Source of the DNA: Tubulanus polymorphus | Lineage: Eukaryota > Animalia > Nemertea | Length of the DNA stretch: 64,000 nucleotides | Reading direction: 5' to 3' | Assembly (NCBI RefSeq): GCF_964204645.1 | Contig: NC_134030.1 | Span: forward strand, 10,437,947 to 10,501,946 | In this document: in pieces, positions 36,798 through 49,403 of the stretch | Layout: each line of letters starts with the position of its first letter | How positions within the stretch are numbered: position 1 is the stretch's first letter | The notes under the pieces: generated by a model | Seen by the model: the letters and a program-made list of their open reading frames with translations, nothing else | What the model was told of the DNA's origin: nothing | Databases searched by the model: none | Made by a program: the position numbers and the translations under genes

Positions 36798-39795
36798 TTT
36801 TCGGAAGAATGCGCCGCAGTAAAAATAACTATCCAAATCAGGTTTTTGTTATATTCCGGTGGCTTACGAAATAGTTAATATCCTAAGATATCCAGTTGCA
36901 ATTAAGCGCACAGTTGAAAAACTATTACGCGATGTTTTTTTGTGAAACCAGTTTCGTACGCTCAGAATACGTATCTTTCGAATATGAATCGAATATCTCT
37001 CCTTCGTAAGAAGATTCTTAAAGATCACGAAATCAGTTAGTCATCGCGTTTTTACCTGTTTATCTAGTACACGGTTGGAGACGGATCCCGCTCAGCTTGA
37101 AGGCGTGTCGTCCCAACAGCGTCCGTTTGGATAATGTCGACAACAACTCGGTTGTACGTCGTTGGAAGGGGCGTTACGGAGTCGTCGTATGGCCTCTTTT
37201 TACCCTTGCGAAACACTACGAAGTCATCGATTTTATCAAGAGATCGCCGCCGGCTATGACCCGTTCGTATAGTGAACTCGACGCGAATGCCTTTCTGTTC
37301 TCTGTTCACGGTCGGGCCTTTTTTCTCATCTGCTCAAAATCTGTGCCTTTTGTCGTCGCGCGATAATGTCATCATCGAACATCGTGGAGCTCTTTTGTCC
37401 GTCAGGGCATCGTATTTATTTAGGCAATAAATCACAGTATTTTAACGGTCATAGATTGTATCTTAATATGAACACTCGATTTAATGGTCTAATCATTTTT
37501 TGTCTGTTGCATTTGGTGGACTGCTCATAATACGGTCCAAAATCATTATACTTTTCACTCAAGCAAATGATACAGTCAAAGTTCTTCATAAAACCATCCT
37601 TTTTTATCCCACAAATTTGCTCAATCTCACCCGAAATCAATTGAAATGCCATCATTCATAACGCTAAATTCGATGTTACGCCATATTTCGCATCGGTATC
37701 AACGATGGCGTTATAAAGGACTTTATATGATCCCAAAATAAGTGCTGTTCTGGATTCAATCAATTTGGCTGGTCAGAATCGTCCGACCAGATTTAGTTCA
37801 ATACGCTGAGTATACAATGACTCTGTAGCGTGTCCGATTTAAGAAACAGGGATTTTTGCAAATATATTTTAGTGAAATAGACCGGCTGGAGTGGTTTATC
37901 GAGCAAGAAAGAGTTTATACCATCGTTCCTTACGCTGGGCAAAAAGCGCTAACAATCTTGCTAGCTTCACCACAAGATATGCTGCATTGATTTGATATTC
38001 TAATCATTTCTAATCATCATCGCATTTCAGGATTATATCTTGGCAGCTGAATTCTAGGGTTGGAGGTCTGGGGTCTCGAAAGCTCACCCCCGCTCATCGA
38101 CGAAGGTCTGCCCTCAAGAAGATAATAGCATCGATTTTTTCATTCATTGTTAGTACATTTTCATTCCATTTCGTTCAAAATATGCACATGCTTTCAAATT
38201 TACTTGATCCAAGGCCAAATTGCAGGAAAAGGAAGCAAGATCTTCACCCAAATATGCTAGAAATTGTGAAATCGCTCCGGATATTTTCTGCGGGAGCGCT
38301 CCGAGGATCTCCGACTTTGGCGTGAGTTTCACTTATAGCCTATCTTCGCGAAAAGACATTGAAAAAGAAAAAATACACAGTAATAATGTACATTCATTTC
38401 AATTTATTTCAACTTGTTGTTCATGATATAGTATAACAGCTGATAACAGTATATATACTATACCATATACGTCTTCAGAAGTGCTGATCCATGGGAGAAA
38501 TAATCATTCAAATCTAATTAATTCATTATGAATGAAGGATAACGAACAAAATAATCGATTCGAGTAAATAACATATTAACGTTTAATAATCATATTCTGA
38601 TTAATATTATATAAGTTTGAAGCTAAAACTTTAAATAACAATTAACATCATCTTCATCTTCATCTAACAAACTTCTTACCAGACGTGCGAATTAACAACT
38701 GTTTTGTTTAAAGTGTAAAGTTTAGAGGCTTACGTAGAAGTCTATAAGATTGAAACATCGTACAAACAAGCCTTCGGGTATACCGAATCGTACAATTCGT
38801 TAAAAATACCTGCAAGTCCTGAAAACGAGGACCGCAAATCGGCGAATTTGGTCGTCATAACATCGACTTGAAAGAAGAACATAGTATCCGTGTTTCGATA
38901 CGTTTATATATACAAAACCCGCAATTGTTAGTCAAATGCTAGTTAAATTCAGAAGATGTATATACATATACACAGTGTAGATTTCGAAATGAGATATTCC
39001 AAATTTTGATTTTCTTTTTCTAATTTGATCAAGAATTTTCTAACTGTGGGTTTTTGTGGAGATGACTAATAACGTGTTAGCCTTGGCAAACCTCGGTTTT
39101 CGCCGTTAGTCGACTAGCGATCGCGGAACTAATATCCGAACGCGCTATAGTTCGGTCGTAACGCATTTCCCCTGTAAATTTTTCTATTATATAATGTAAT
39201 TTTGAAATGCAAAATAAATTCATTCATTCATTTCAGTTTCGGCCATCTTGGAACTAGGTCCGAACTATATACAGCGGCCGTGCTCAATCCGGACTATAGT
39301 TCCGACTAACTGACATTCGGATTCACCTACGGTCAGGCGACATCTTGAGATGATTACTCGTATGTTTCACTTACAGTTCGACTATTGTCGACTAACTCGG
39401 GCAACCGAAGTTCGCCCTTGATGAAAGGTACACGATATCCTCGATACCGTATATCCATCGTTCGCGTAGGTTGAGCCCTATTGGCCGCGGGGTCGATTCG
39501 TCGCTTTTCAGTGTTTTATCGAGCATACGTAAAAATGCAAATGACCGACATCGCTGCTAATCGATATAAGCGACCGGGTTTGCTGCGCAAGTATTACCGA
39601 TCGCTATAGGCGTATAGTTCTCATTATCATAAATATCGATGTACATTTGCACGAGACTGGCGGTCGCGATTTTCGACTCGGCATCTATACGATTTTCCGA
39701 CCGAATAGGTTTTACTACAGGAGGGACAAGTTCATTGGTTGCTACTCTTAATTCAACTCTATACCGACGACGGTTGACGGGATGCATTGTTTTTT

Positions 39796-39921
39796 TCACA
39801 CGCCCGTTTCTTTAACGCGGTTTCCTTGAAGACGGATTTGTTCCAATTGTTCCCAGTTTCGTCTGTTCTGTAGCACGCCTTCCAACATCGGCTGGAAGTT
39901 TGCATCGAATTTTACGAGATT
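39796..39921 (-). CDS. PDE11A: PDE11 last coding exon
   Basis: tttttag|NLVKFDANFQPMLEGVLQNRRNWEQLEQIRLQGNRVKETGV-TGA. Confidence 0.9.
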   Translation of the reverse strand, partial: NLVKFDANFQPMLEGVLQNRRNWEQLEQIRLQGNRVKETGV

Positions 39922-40129
39922 CTAAAAAGAGAATCATACCAAATCTGTTACTCAATATACGGTGGAATAACGCAAATCAGCAATACTCCTATACTTAAGA
40001 ATTTACATGTGTATCGTATAACCAAATCGTATTCGATTCCGATTCGAATGCATATCCGTTATAAAGATAACACAGAGCTAGATCCCCAATTGAATTGAAA
40101 AGTTTGAAATTGGAAAAACTCTTATCATG

Positions 40130-40500
40130 ATTTTATGCGCTAGTCGATGTGAAATTCATGTCATCAATATTGGCGTTTCAAAATAACAATAACAATTGTG
40201 AATTTTGGCGTTCTTTTTTAATCGAATGAATCGATTTGATAACTCATTATAATCTTGATAGTTATTTTTGAGAGGATGTGCACTACGTCATCAATATTGG
40301 CGTTCTAAATTAACAATTAGGGATTGTGAACATATTTCATAACTCTAAGTTTATTTTCGATAGATTCAATCATTTCTGAGAGGATGTACGCTTCGTCATC
40401 AATATATCGGGGCTAGACTGTGGTTGCCGGTCAATTCGATTCAATTATCAATATTCAAATCCAAAATACCTAAAGAAAACTCAGGTTAGTGTTCTTGTTC
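40130..40500 (+). mobile_element. Helentron-type non-autonomous element (HINE-like), family A
   Basis: Three internal repeats starting GATGTG..C..CGTCATCAATAT; ends ...GTTCTTGTT; homologous to copies at 45135, 54145, 56005 and 59025. Confidence 0.55.
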
Positions 40501-40559
40501 ATCTACACCAACGACTGTTAGACAACTTGCAACTCGCACCGGAGATACCGTAAGCATAC

Positions 40560-40718
40560 CTTGTATAAGGGCAAACATATGCCATCTATCCAACCGAGCT
40601 GTAACTTCGGCAGTTCGTGTTGTTTTTCGCGATCCATCTGAGCCGTCGGCTGGATCTTCAATTCCAGGCGTTCCTTATCGCCTTGGTCAAAAAATTCTGT
40701 CATTACCAATTCGGCCGC
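40560..40718 (-). CDS. PDE11A: PDE11 exon (catalytic, invariant Gln)
   Basis: [53 protein letters not shown]|gtatgc. Confidence 0.95.
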
Positions 40719-41270
40719 CTGGGAAAAAAAACGTGGATTATTCATTAAAAGCACATTCGAAGAGGATACATAGACAAAATAAGGTTAACAATTTGACACA
40801 TTGTTGGGACAGTAATTTTCTTAAATCTTTTAGAGGCACATTCCGATGGTATATTGCATATTTTCTGCATTCAATGCATCGATCTATTCAAATGATTCTA
40901 AACGTATTTTTTCGACATGATACCGAGGAACCTAAATTTGTGATTTCGGAGGACTTAAACGCCGCGGGTGTTGTGATGGTTTCATAAATCGGGTGTCAAA
41001 GTTACTCCCACTGGAGTAACATCTATTATTGGGGTAATTGATAACTACTATAGCCTAATAACAATGCGAAAACATACAGAATAGCTGGAAAATCGAGGTA
41101 TATCCCATGGGATAAAAGTAATACCACGCCTATGAGACCTTGGAGTAATCATTCGTCAAATAGTTACTCAAAAATGAGACCAACCTAATTACCATTAAAT
41201 AATATAATAATGATTCGCTCGGAAATGTTAATTTGGTCCATGAACTAAAGACCTCAGCGTTAATTGCTAC

Positions 41271-41412
41271 CTTGCTTTGGACGTCCCATGGTTTTGAGAT
41301 GGTAGCGATATCACAAGCGGTCATCAGAATGCCACGTAGAATTTCTTTATTCGACTTTTCCTGCCAGCATACGTCACTTTCGTCTGCCAATTTCGCGAAC
41401 TTGTCTCTGTTT
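41271..41412 (-). CDS. PDE11A: PDE11 exon (catalytic)
   Basis: NRDKFAKLADESDVCWQEKSNKEILRGILMTACDIATISKPWDVQSK|gtagca. Confidence 0.93.
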
Positions 41413-42425
41413 CTGGAGTATAGCGAAATATAGGTAAGAAATCCGACGATTATTTCAGCAAAAGACGGAATTCTCGAGTAGATAAGAATAGTGTATATTT
41501 GGAGCAACGTTTCGGCTATAAACTAATAGGGGCCGGTGCAGGAAACCCTGCTGGTGCTAACCGTGGTAAGTAAACTGTGGTTAGGCATAAATGGGTGCAG
41601 GAAATCGCTGATAGCTAACCAATGTTTTCGTGCGGCCTCTTATTTGAAGCTGCTTAGCCTAACCACGGAAAAGCCACTAACCACGGTTAGGCAAACAAGG
41701 TTTTCCAGCGCCATGTTATACTACTTCTAAATTATTGCGGTACTTTTAAGTATTCATATAAAACGGATATTGTCTATCTTATCGACCTTAAAAGTGAAAT
41801 CTACAATAAGTATTTTATGAAAACTATATAATATATTCCAAGTCAAACAGTCCTCAAATGAAAAGCGGCTTCACACGAGACACTGGGCTTACATAGTACC
41901 GTACGATTGTGTGGTGCCGACTATGCCCGAATACCGCGCATTGCGAGCAAGTTGCGTTCGCACGTATTTCAGCGCTTAGTAAGCCAGCTTTATTAGTTAC
42001 TAGCCAGAAACCCGTCTTCGATGGGTTGGTTGATATGGGGGAGACATAAACACATCAGTGTTACATGTCTATACCATTAACGTTAGTTCATGTTCCTTAA
42101 CAGAGGCACAATCTCCCAACTGCCAATTGTATGTAGTTCACTAATTTCCTCACAGAGATCGTCCACATGGCTGATGCGCGATGTTTTGATATCATTCAGT
42201 TATGATTTTCTTTTACTAAATTGATTGCGTCCTTGTGATCATTCACATTTAAACTATGCTACAAACCTTCCTAACGTTATTTAGGACAAAAAATCGCCAC
42301 ATCAACATTAAACAACCCGCTCAAAAACCGTGATGTGTCCTCCGAAAAACCTCCAACCAATTCATATCGTCATCAGATGCCGATATTGGAAGTGATTCCA
42401 AGATGGCCTTTCCACACTATCATCG

Positions 42426-42581
<156 letters not shown>

Positions 42582-42787
42582 TAACATAATAATATAATCC
42601 TAACAACTATACGTATGTTGCTAAATACGTTCGTCTCCATGTATGTGAGCGTCTTGTAATGCTTGTTTACATACATTCAACGAGCGTCGATAACGAAGAC
42701 ACTTCAAAATAGCCGATGAATGATAGAGAAAACAACTACTTGAAGATCCATTCACGGTCTTTCCACCATACAAGACGTTATACTTAC

Positions 42788-42979
42788 TGAAAGTGTAACG
42801 AGAGATCGGTAGCGAGAATCGAATGTTTGAGTAGCTTCATAACTTGCTCGTATTCATTGGGCGTTAGATTCTCGAATATGTTGCTGCCGTCGCTGTTCAG
42901 TATGATGACGGCGTGGTTGAAGTGGTGATGTTCGAGCGTCGCTTTCGTGCCGTACAACTGCGCCAAAGCGGAACTGGAT
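42788..42979 (-). CDS. PDE11A: PDE11 exon (catalytic)
   Basis: SSSALAQLYGTKATLEHHHFNHAVIILNSDGSNIFENLTPNEYEQVMKLLKHSILATDLSLHF+CA|gtaagt. Confidence 0.95.
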
Positions 42980-43189
42980 CTATACGAATTATATATCAAT
43001 CAAACTTGGTGAAGACCATTTTTTACGTAGTGCTTTATTACTAATTTTGCGTAAACTTTTTTTTTATGGAAAATGATTGCAGAGGTATTAAATGCTCTTC
43101 GACCGAAGAGGTTGAGGGTGAAATACTCCAAGTTCTGTTTTTCCTCTATAACCGCGAGTTTGCGCAAAATGTACGTACATACGAAGATG

Positions 43190-43425
43190 TAGAAGGAATC
43201 CCACATTAGTAAAGAAAAACATTCCGAAAATGTTACTGGAGCTAGAAGTTTATTCGGCCTTCCGACTTTATTCTAATAGTCATCTTCAGGAATACCGAAT
43301 ATTAGAATATAGTCGAAACGTTAAATAAACTACTAGCTCCAGTTACATTTTCGGACTGTTTTTCGTTATTATTGTTGGATACACTCTATATTATCGTCAC
43401 AACGCGGATAAAGTGTATTATCGAC
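43190..43425. mobile_element. Foldback hammerhead-family insertion (degenerate)
   Basis: Minus strand TATTC-CTGAAGA-T-GACTA...AAGTC-GGAAGGCC-GAATA (43251-43294), then an inverted + arm from TATTAGAATATAGTCGAAACGTT. Flanks GTACATACGAAGAT / GTACAAAGAAGAT. Confidence 0.65.
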
Positions 43426-43854
43426 CGTGTACAAAGAAGATATTTTTCGTTGCATTGGATTAGATCATTTTTTACACCGTTTTATTGAATAAAAGACTGT
43501 GCATGCCCTAATATGGTCACGAGTCTATTATCTTTTTTAACCAAAAGGATAAACAACGTTTTGCCCTTCACGCAAATCTGAATTAGTTTTGTTCGTAAGG
43601 ACCCTATCCTACCCTATCCTCCAGGTATATTATACATTTTCTACATTTTTACACAATCTCCAAGCTAATTATTCAAATCTATTTTTTCATACATAAAATT
43701 CAGTAACATTCAAATCCATTAAAACGACATAAAAATGAAACATTACTCGAGTAATTCCCAATGCAATTAGACTGACTAATAGATCTTATGAATTCTGAAT
43801 GATAAGTCCAATATGTTATGTTGATACTCTACTATTCTTCTATACTGTGCTTAC

Positions 43855-43964
43855 TTTTGTTGGAAAGCGTTGTTTGTTCCACGATGGTCAAGGTCATGAC
43901 ATAAGCAGCCGACAATCAGAGCTAATGCCTCCTTGTCGTCTAAATACTTATCGACGCGCATTGT
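43855..43964 (-). CDS. PDE11A: PDE11 exon (catalytic, HD motif)
   Basis: [36 protein letters not shown]+AA|gtaagc. Confidence 0.95.
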
Positions 43965-44558
43965 CTGAAAATTGTAGCATTCGATAATAGAATTCATCAA
44001 GATCGTTGCGGGAGGGAGGGAACTTACAGTTGGAGATTAGTAAATCGCAGCAGCAACGGCGTCTCAGACAAAAAACTCATTTTCTTTCTCGTTGCACTTA
44101 TTAGAAAATCATTTTGCATGGCTGTGCTTAGCGTGGGGATGCCGGGACAGCAGTTGCCTTCCAGAACCATTGGCAAAAGTGCCCCTTTGGTGTCTGCTTG
44201 TTTGCCGATTGAAATTTAGTTTAGAATCGCTTCGCTTGGGACTGACACGCATTTCGTTATAGGCCTAACAGTTTGTGTTAAGGTCTATAAGAATAATCGT
44301 TATATCAGTGTTTGACTCTAAATGCCGTTTTAAGGTTTCTCTGCCCCCATCATTCGAATGCCTAATACGGCCCTATCCGAACATAAATTTTGGTTTCCGC
44401 GAAATGAATTCTCGAACCCCGAATTAAAGAAAAACAAACTTCAGTCTTTCCGGCCGGTCCTGGCACCGTCGAGTGAAATATCATTGTCCAATTTCGCTAA
44501 TCTCAAAGAGCTTTCAAAATATCATATTCACGTCTGCGCTGCGTTGTACTCTACCTAC

Positions 44559-44666
44559 CTGAAATAAGGCGTACATAACTTGGCAAACGTTGAACGCGTG
44601 ACGCCAATTATGATAGGCAACGTTTCGGTAGTTCTTCTTCACCGTTAACAGAAACCGACAGAGAGT
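44559..44666 (-). CDS. PDE11A: PDE11 exon (catalytic, YHN motif)
   Basis: [36 protein letters not shown]|gtaggt. Confidence 0.95.
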
Positions 44667-45134
44667 CTGCAATCACATCGAAGATACATTAAATGGATTC
44701 AATTAAGCGAAATAACACGCGATCGAGCCCTGAAAACTAAACGCGAATTTATCTAGTGACATATTTCGCCTAATAACTCGTTTGGTGAGAGGGAGCCGAT
44801 TCATATAGATGTTGGAAAATTAACTATAGATTTTGATCGAGCTGTACTTTTGTTATGTGCGCCATCTGGTGGTGCAGAAAGCGGACATTGCCCATCGATC
44901 AATTAGACAAGGAGGATTCATGTGATATACCTCGATTCAAAAGAATTAGTTCCAAAAATGCCAAAGGACACGTCATAATCGGTATATGAAGGAATTTTGC
45001 ACGAGAAAATGAAATGCGTTCTTTCATCCAATGGTATGCTCGTTGAGTTATATAATGTGATCAAGATTTGTTTTATTTTGTCGAATACAACCATAAAACT
45101 TCATCTGTTTGTCATAAGCAATATGGTATTTTGC

Positions 45135-45550
45135 TTTAACGCCGTAAAAACCGTTACGGTAATGTTTATATACATTCATACCTAGTATGCGTTATATAAT
45201 AGGGGTTCTGTTTGAATCGAGGTGCACTACGTCATCAATATTTCAAAATAACAATTACAATTGTGAATTCTGGCGTTTATATTATAATTAAACATATTTC
45301 ATAACTCTTATTTCATTTTTGATAAATATTGATATTTTTGAGGGCATGTGCACTGCGTTATCAATACATTGGGGCTAGACTGGTTCCCGGTCAATTCAAT
45401 TCAATTATCGATATTTTCAAATCCACAATAACTTCATTGATCCTTATCATTACTTAATTCATATTATAATATTCATTGTCGACAATATGACGCAACATAT
45501 GAGTTATTTTTTCAAGGCGTCAATAAACTTTCAAGTAAGTTTTCTTGTTT
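45135..45550 (+). mobile_element. HINE-like element, family A
   Basis: TTTAACGCCGT ... AAGGCGTCAA sub-terminal inverted repeats, AAACT..AGTTT hairpin, terminal CTTGTTT. Confidence 0.65.
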
Positions 45551-45668
45551 ACGACATTATCGGGACATATCGCTATGAATACTCAACTAACTGACCCGTT
45601 CTTTTTGGTAATGTCACTCGCATGGGATATTTTCATTTCGAAAGTTAACCAATATAGTTATTACGAAC

Positions 45669-45815
45669 CTCGTAGTCAATTTTGAATTTATTGATTAGTC
45701 CAGTATCCATAAAAATACGGATGCCAGCCAATACCATGTCGTCCATACGTAAACTGAAGTCGTTGAAAGTCAATTTATCCAACGATAGCGCGTCGGCTTC
45801 AGGCACTACTTGATC
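45669..45815 (-). CDS. PDE11A: PDE11 exon (catalytic domain start)
   Basis: DQVVPEADALSLDKLTFNDFSLRMDDMVLAGIRIFMDTGLINKFKIDYE|gttcgt. Confidence 0.92.
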
Positions 45816-46242
45816 CTACAACATTTGAAAAACATTTCCTACATATGAAAAATTATTAATTTATTTTCAATCATTTTCCATATTTGGTGCTTTCCAATAG
45901 ATACACTCTTAATGATAACGAGTATGATATATATGTCTTATTCACCGCGCTCCAAATATAAATTTCAGCGCGGTTAACAAATATGCAGGGCTATGAAATT
46001 TACAAATTGAAAAACGCAATTTTAAGATATTGTCTAAAGAGAAATTCTTTAACCCAGTTTGTTAACTGTGCACTGGTACTGCAACTGTAATAACAGATAA
46101 ATAAATATAATCAAATACAAGGGTGATGAAATTAAACTTGAAATTTTTTGAAAGCTATTTCTTAATTGAGATTTGAATTACATATCATTTGAATTACGTA
46201 TGAATATTTCTCAAACTATATTCGGTCAAAGGAGCCCAATAT

Positions 46243-46452
46243 ATAGAGTATCTCACACTAATAAGCCTAGAAAGATGAAGTCCGAGAGGTTTCTGTTAAG
46301 CTAATGAATTATCAATTCGACGTTTCGACTATCACCTAACAGTCATCTTCAGGGAAGATATCATTAGCTTTAAGGAAACCTTTTTTTGGACTCTATCTTT
46401 CTCGTCTCGTCTATATCAGTATGGGATTCTATAAATATATACATCGTTACAT
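46243..46452. mobile_element. Foldback hammerhead-family insertion; intact core on the minus strand (46319-46352)
   Basis: Minus strand CTGAAGA-T-GACTG-TTAGGTGA-TAGTC-GAAACGTC-GAAT; inverted tail on + from 46361 (TCATTAGCTTTAAGGAAAC). Confidence 0.7.
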
Positions 46453-46782
46453 AACCAACACCAGCATAGTGCTTCATCAATGATTAAACATCTCAATGTT
46501 TTGGACCAGCAACTCGAAAGAATTAGATCGCCATAATTGTGACTTAAGACTTGAATACGACTTATAGAAGAAGGTTAGTGATCTGATAATGAAGCGGGAA
46601 TATTTCAATGTCAGTTGGCAACAAGCTCGTGCTATCAGAATTCGATGGTTTCTATAACGATGTTGACAAAGCAGCACAATTAAGGAAGTTGCGTGATGTA
46701 GGTATTGAATATTGATGATACAATTTGATTAGTAAAAACGTTTCACGAGACTGAACATTAGTTATCGTGGTCAGCGGCTCAC

Positions 46783-46833
46783 CTTCAGCTTTTCGCCTTC
46801 TTCGAAACTGACACCAGCGTGGTAAGCCAGGCA
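46783..46833 (-). CDS. PDE11A: PDE11 exon
   Basis: CLAYHAGVSFEEGEKLK|gtgagc. Confidence 0.9.
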
Positions 46834-47075
46834 CTGAAAATGTACGGGTACGGAGGTGAAGTGAAATGAATGATAGAATAGAAATTCTGTGCCGATCTTT
46901 TGTTATTAACGCTAGAAAGTGATCTTACTTGGAATTAGATTAAATATCTTGGCCCAGTTTTCGAATAAAAGGTTTAAATTCCTCCTCGATCGATTTGACT
47001 TACACCGAATTTAAATCGAATTCGGAGTTAAACTTTTCTGTAAAACTTGGTTTTGGATGTGAATATAAATATTAC

Positions 47076-47168
47076 CTCCAGTGCTACAGCCTGTCTGGCT
47101 AATGATCCTCGAACACGGTCGTATAGCATACAGTTATTGATGCCCAATCCGCAAAATATAGTAAATGC
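47076..47168 (-). CDS. PDE11A: PDE11 exon
   Basis: AFTIFCGLGINNCMLYDRVRGSLARQAVALE|gtaata. Confidence 0.93.
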
Positions 47169-48850
47169 CTAAAAAGTCAAGTAATCGAAAATATATGAAA
47201 ATCATTTTCAACGCTCAAAACATGATACACGCAGGGTCGAATCCAGTCATTTTGAATTGGGGGCCCAAACATCCGAGGTCTAGTTGTATACACGTACTTG
47301 GTACGTGAGAGCCGTAGACGCACAGTCCTTTAGGGGGTTTTGGGACCCCTAAGGAAATTTTGAAAAAAATAGATCATTCTCTGAGCATCTAATGGTTCTC
47401 GAACAAAATGATTTGCAATAATTTGCCACAGTATGTTTTTTTATGTAGTAACTTTCTTAAAAAAGGTTGTGAAAATGTAATCTTGGTAAAAAAATAGGGG
47501 GAGGGCGTGCTGCTAACTCCCCTACGATCCGCCAGCGGCAAGTATGTTACTACGATCTCGCCTTATACCACAGCTGTGACGGGGGCGCACAATGAGGAAA
47601 AAGAAACAAACTATATATAACTGTCATTTATATTCATGTTCTTCCTACATTTATGTATTCATGGTTAATTGTTTCTGTGCTAAACAAACGTACTTTTCTT
47701 GAGCAAAATGAAATGAAGTAATTCTAAATTATGATCAGAACCGCCACAATACATATGATAGTGTTCCCTCAGACCTGGAAGAGATTGTTCCCGCAGTGGT
47801 CTCTTTTGCTCTTCGATCCTATAGTGTGACTATTACGGTTCCCGATGAAACAAAATAGAAATTAGATTTTCAAGAGAACTACTTCAAACGGATTATCGAT
47901 TCATACATTATCGACTAAACGAACCACGGACATCGACTATAAAGAGTTATATCATCACTCCTGGTTTATCTTTTCCCGTGTATTCATATCATCGTCTCCA
48001 ACTCGGAGGTCTGATATGTTTTTATTTGATCTGACTTTGCATTGCACGAAATGTCAATAAACGGCGACTGATCGCAGACATCAGCAGACGGAGACGATGG
48101 ATAGAATAACCCCTCGTGGGGATGGGATATACGTAAACCCGCGACAGCGTCGGTGCCTAATGCCGGCAGATGTGTCGCTTCAAATTATATTTTTATCGGT
48201 TTACATTGGCCGCGAGCGGGGCGTGCGGATATCACAACGGAACATTGTGACAGAAAATCTCATAAACCGAGTTATCGTATGATGGAAACTGCGGCGTGAT
48301 CGGTAACGTAACTATAAGAGAAAAAATATCCGAATGTTTATGCTCATGTAGAGACCCGAGCAAACATTGTACGGATATCACTCCGGCCGTCTGAAGGCCG
48401 CCTAATCCAGGATCTAACCCCGAGACCTGGCAAATTTATCTTCTTTAAGGGCAAAGTTCATTTGGATTCCATAACTTACTACATTCTATATATCGGGGTG
48501 GCCACTATTATTTGACTTGCTTTCCCCTTGACTATTCCCTGACATGCACGTCGTTTTACCTACTCACTCGATCTGCTAAGAATCCAATCGATTAACACAG
48601 TCAAATACGTAAGACATACTAGACGTAAAATGTTTGATTTTACGTGCGATCTAGCAATCTCGACCAATTTCACTGACTCTTCCCCGAGTTTATACGAAAT
48701 CCCCCGAATATTCCCTGACTTTTTAAAAGAAAAATTTCCCTTGACTTCCCCCTGATTTCCAAATGGCCACCCTGGTATTCTAAATGATTTATGTAACCAA
48801 TTTTCTTAGACCGATTCTATGTGACCGGTGAAGTCCTTCTCTTTGAAAAA

Positions 48851-49000
48851 CAGTGGCGTCGGAACTGTAGCGACTGCAGCGGCGAAAGCTGCGGCATATA
48901 CTATACTATGAAACGAAATTGATGTAAATTCGCCGCGGCTATCTATAAGAACCTGTCAAAAAAGGCGATTCGCTGCGGCAATCAAAAATTAACGCCACTG
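48851..49000. mobile_element. hAT-like MITE
   Basis: CAGTGGCGT / ACGCCACTG TIR with AAAAA on both flanks. Confidence 0.55.
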
Positions 49001-49029
49001 AAAAAGAATTAACAATTCATAATTCTTAC

Positions 49030-49097
49030 CTCAAACAGTTGATCGTCCAATTCGTCAAACGGTAGGCCATCTTGCTTATTGACAATCTGCGCAACCC
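49030..49097 (-). CDS. PDE11A: PDE11 exon (GAF-B)
   Basis: (G)VAQIVNKQDGLPFDELDDQLFE|gtaaga. Confidence 0.93.
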
Positions 49098-49194
49098 CTA
49101 CAATGTTGTTCGGTCGAAGCAGCATTTTATTCATTGACTTGTTTGAAATGGTTTTCTATACGAAATTCAGTTTGCATAACAATATATAGGTTAC

Positions 49195-49403
49195 CTATAA
49201 TTTGAAGATCCGGATTTCTGATAGGTTTGCACATTAGGCTTTTATTTTGGCTCGTGTGAAGCGCATCTAATTCGCCGAGTACGTCTTCTTTAGATTCTGT
49301 AATGTTCACGGTTTCGCCAGTTGAAGCGACCAGTTCGGCTATTTTGTTGTTGATCGTGCCACCACCTCGGTCTTCGCTCCCTTGTTGTCCGAAGTCGGCC
49401 GAA
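49195..49403 (-). CDS. PDE11A: PDE11 exon (GAF-B)
   Basis: SADFGQQGSEDRGGTINNKIAELVASTGETVNITESKEDVLGELDALHTSQNKSLMCKPIRNPDLQII+G|gtaacc. Confidence 0.9.

Noticed and set aside
36213-36878. Several ORFs antisense or off-frame to Olig
   Set aside because: They are shadows of a GC-rich CDS with no recognisable protein features.
37056-37366. Possible non-coding first exon of Olig (minus donor CAG|GTAAAA at 37056) and ORFs 37064-37366
   Set aside because: No clear acceptor or TSS can be fixed from sequence alone, and the ORFs show no protein signal.
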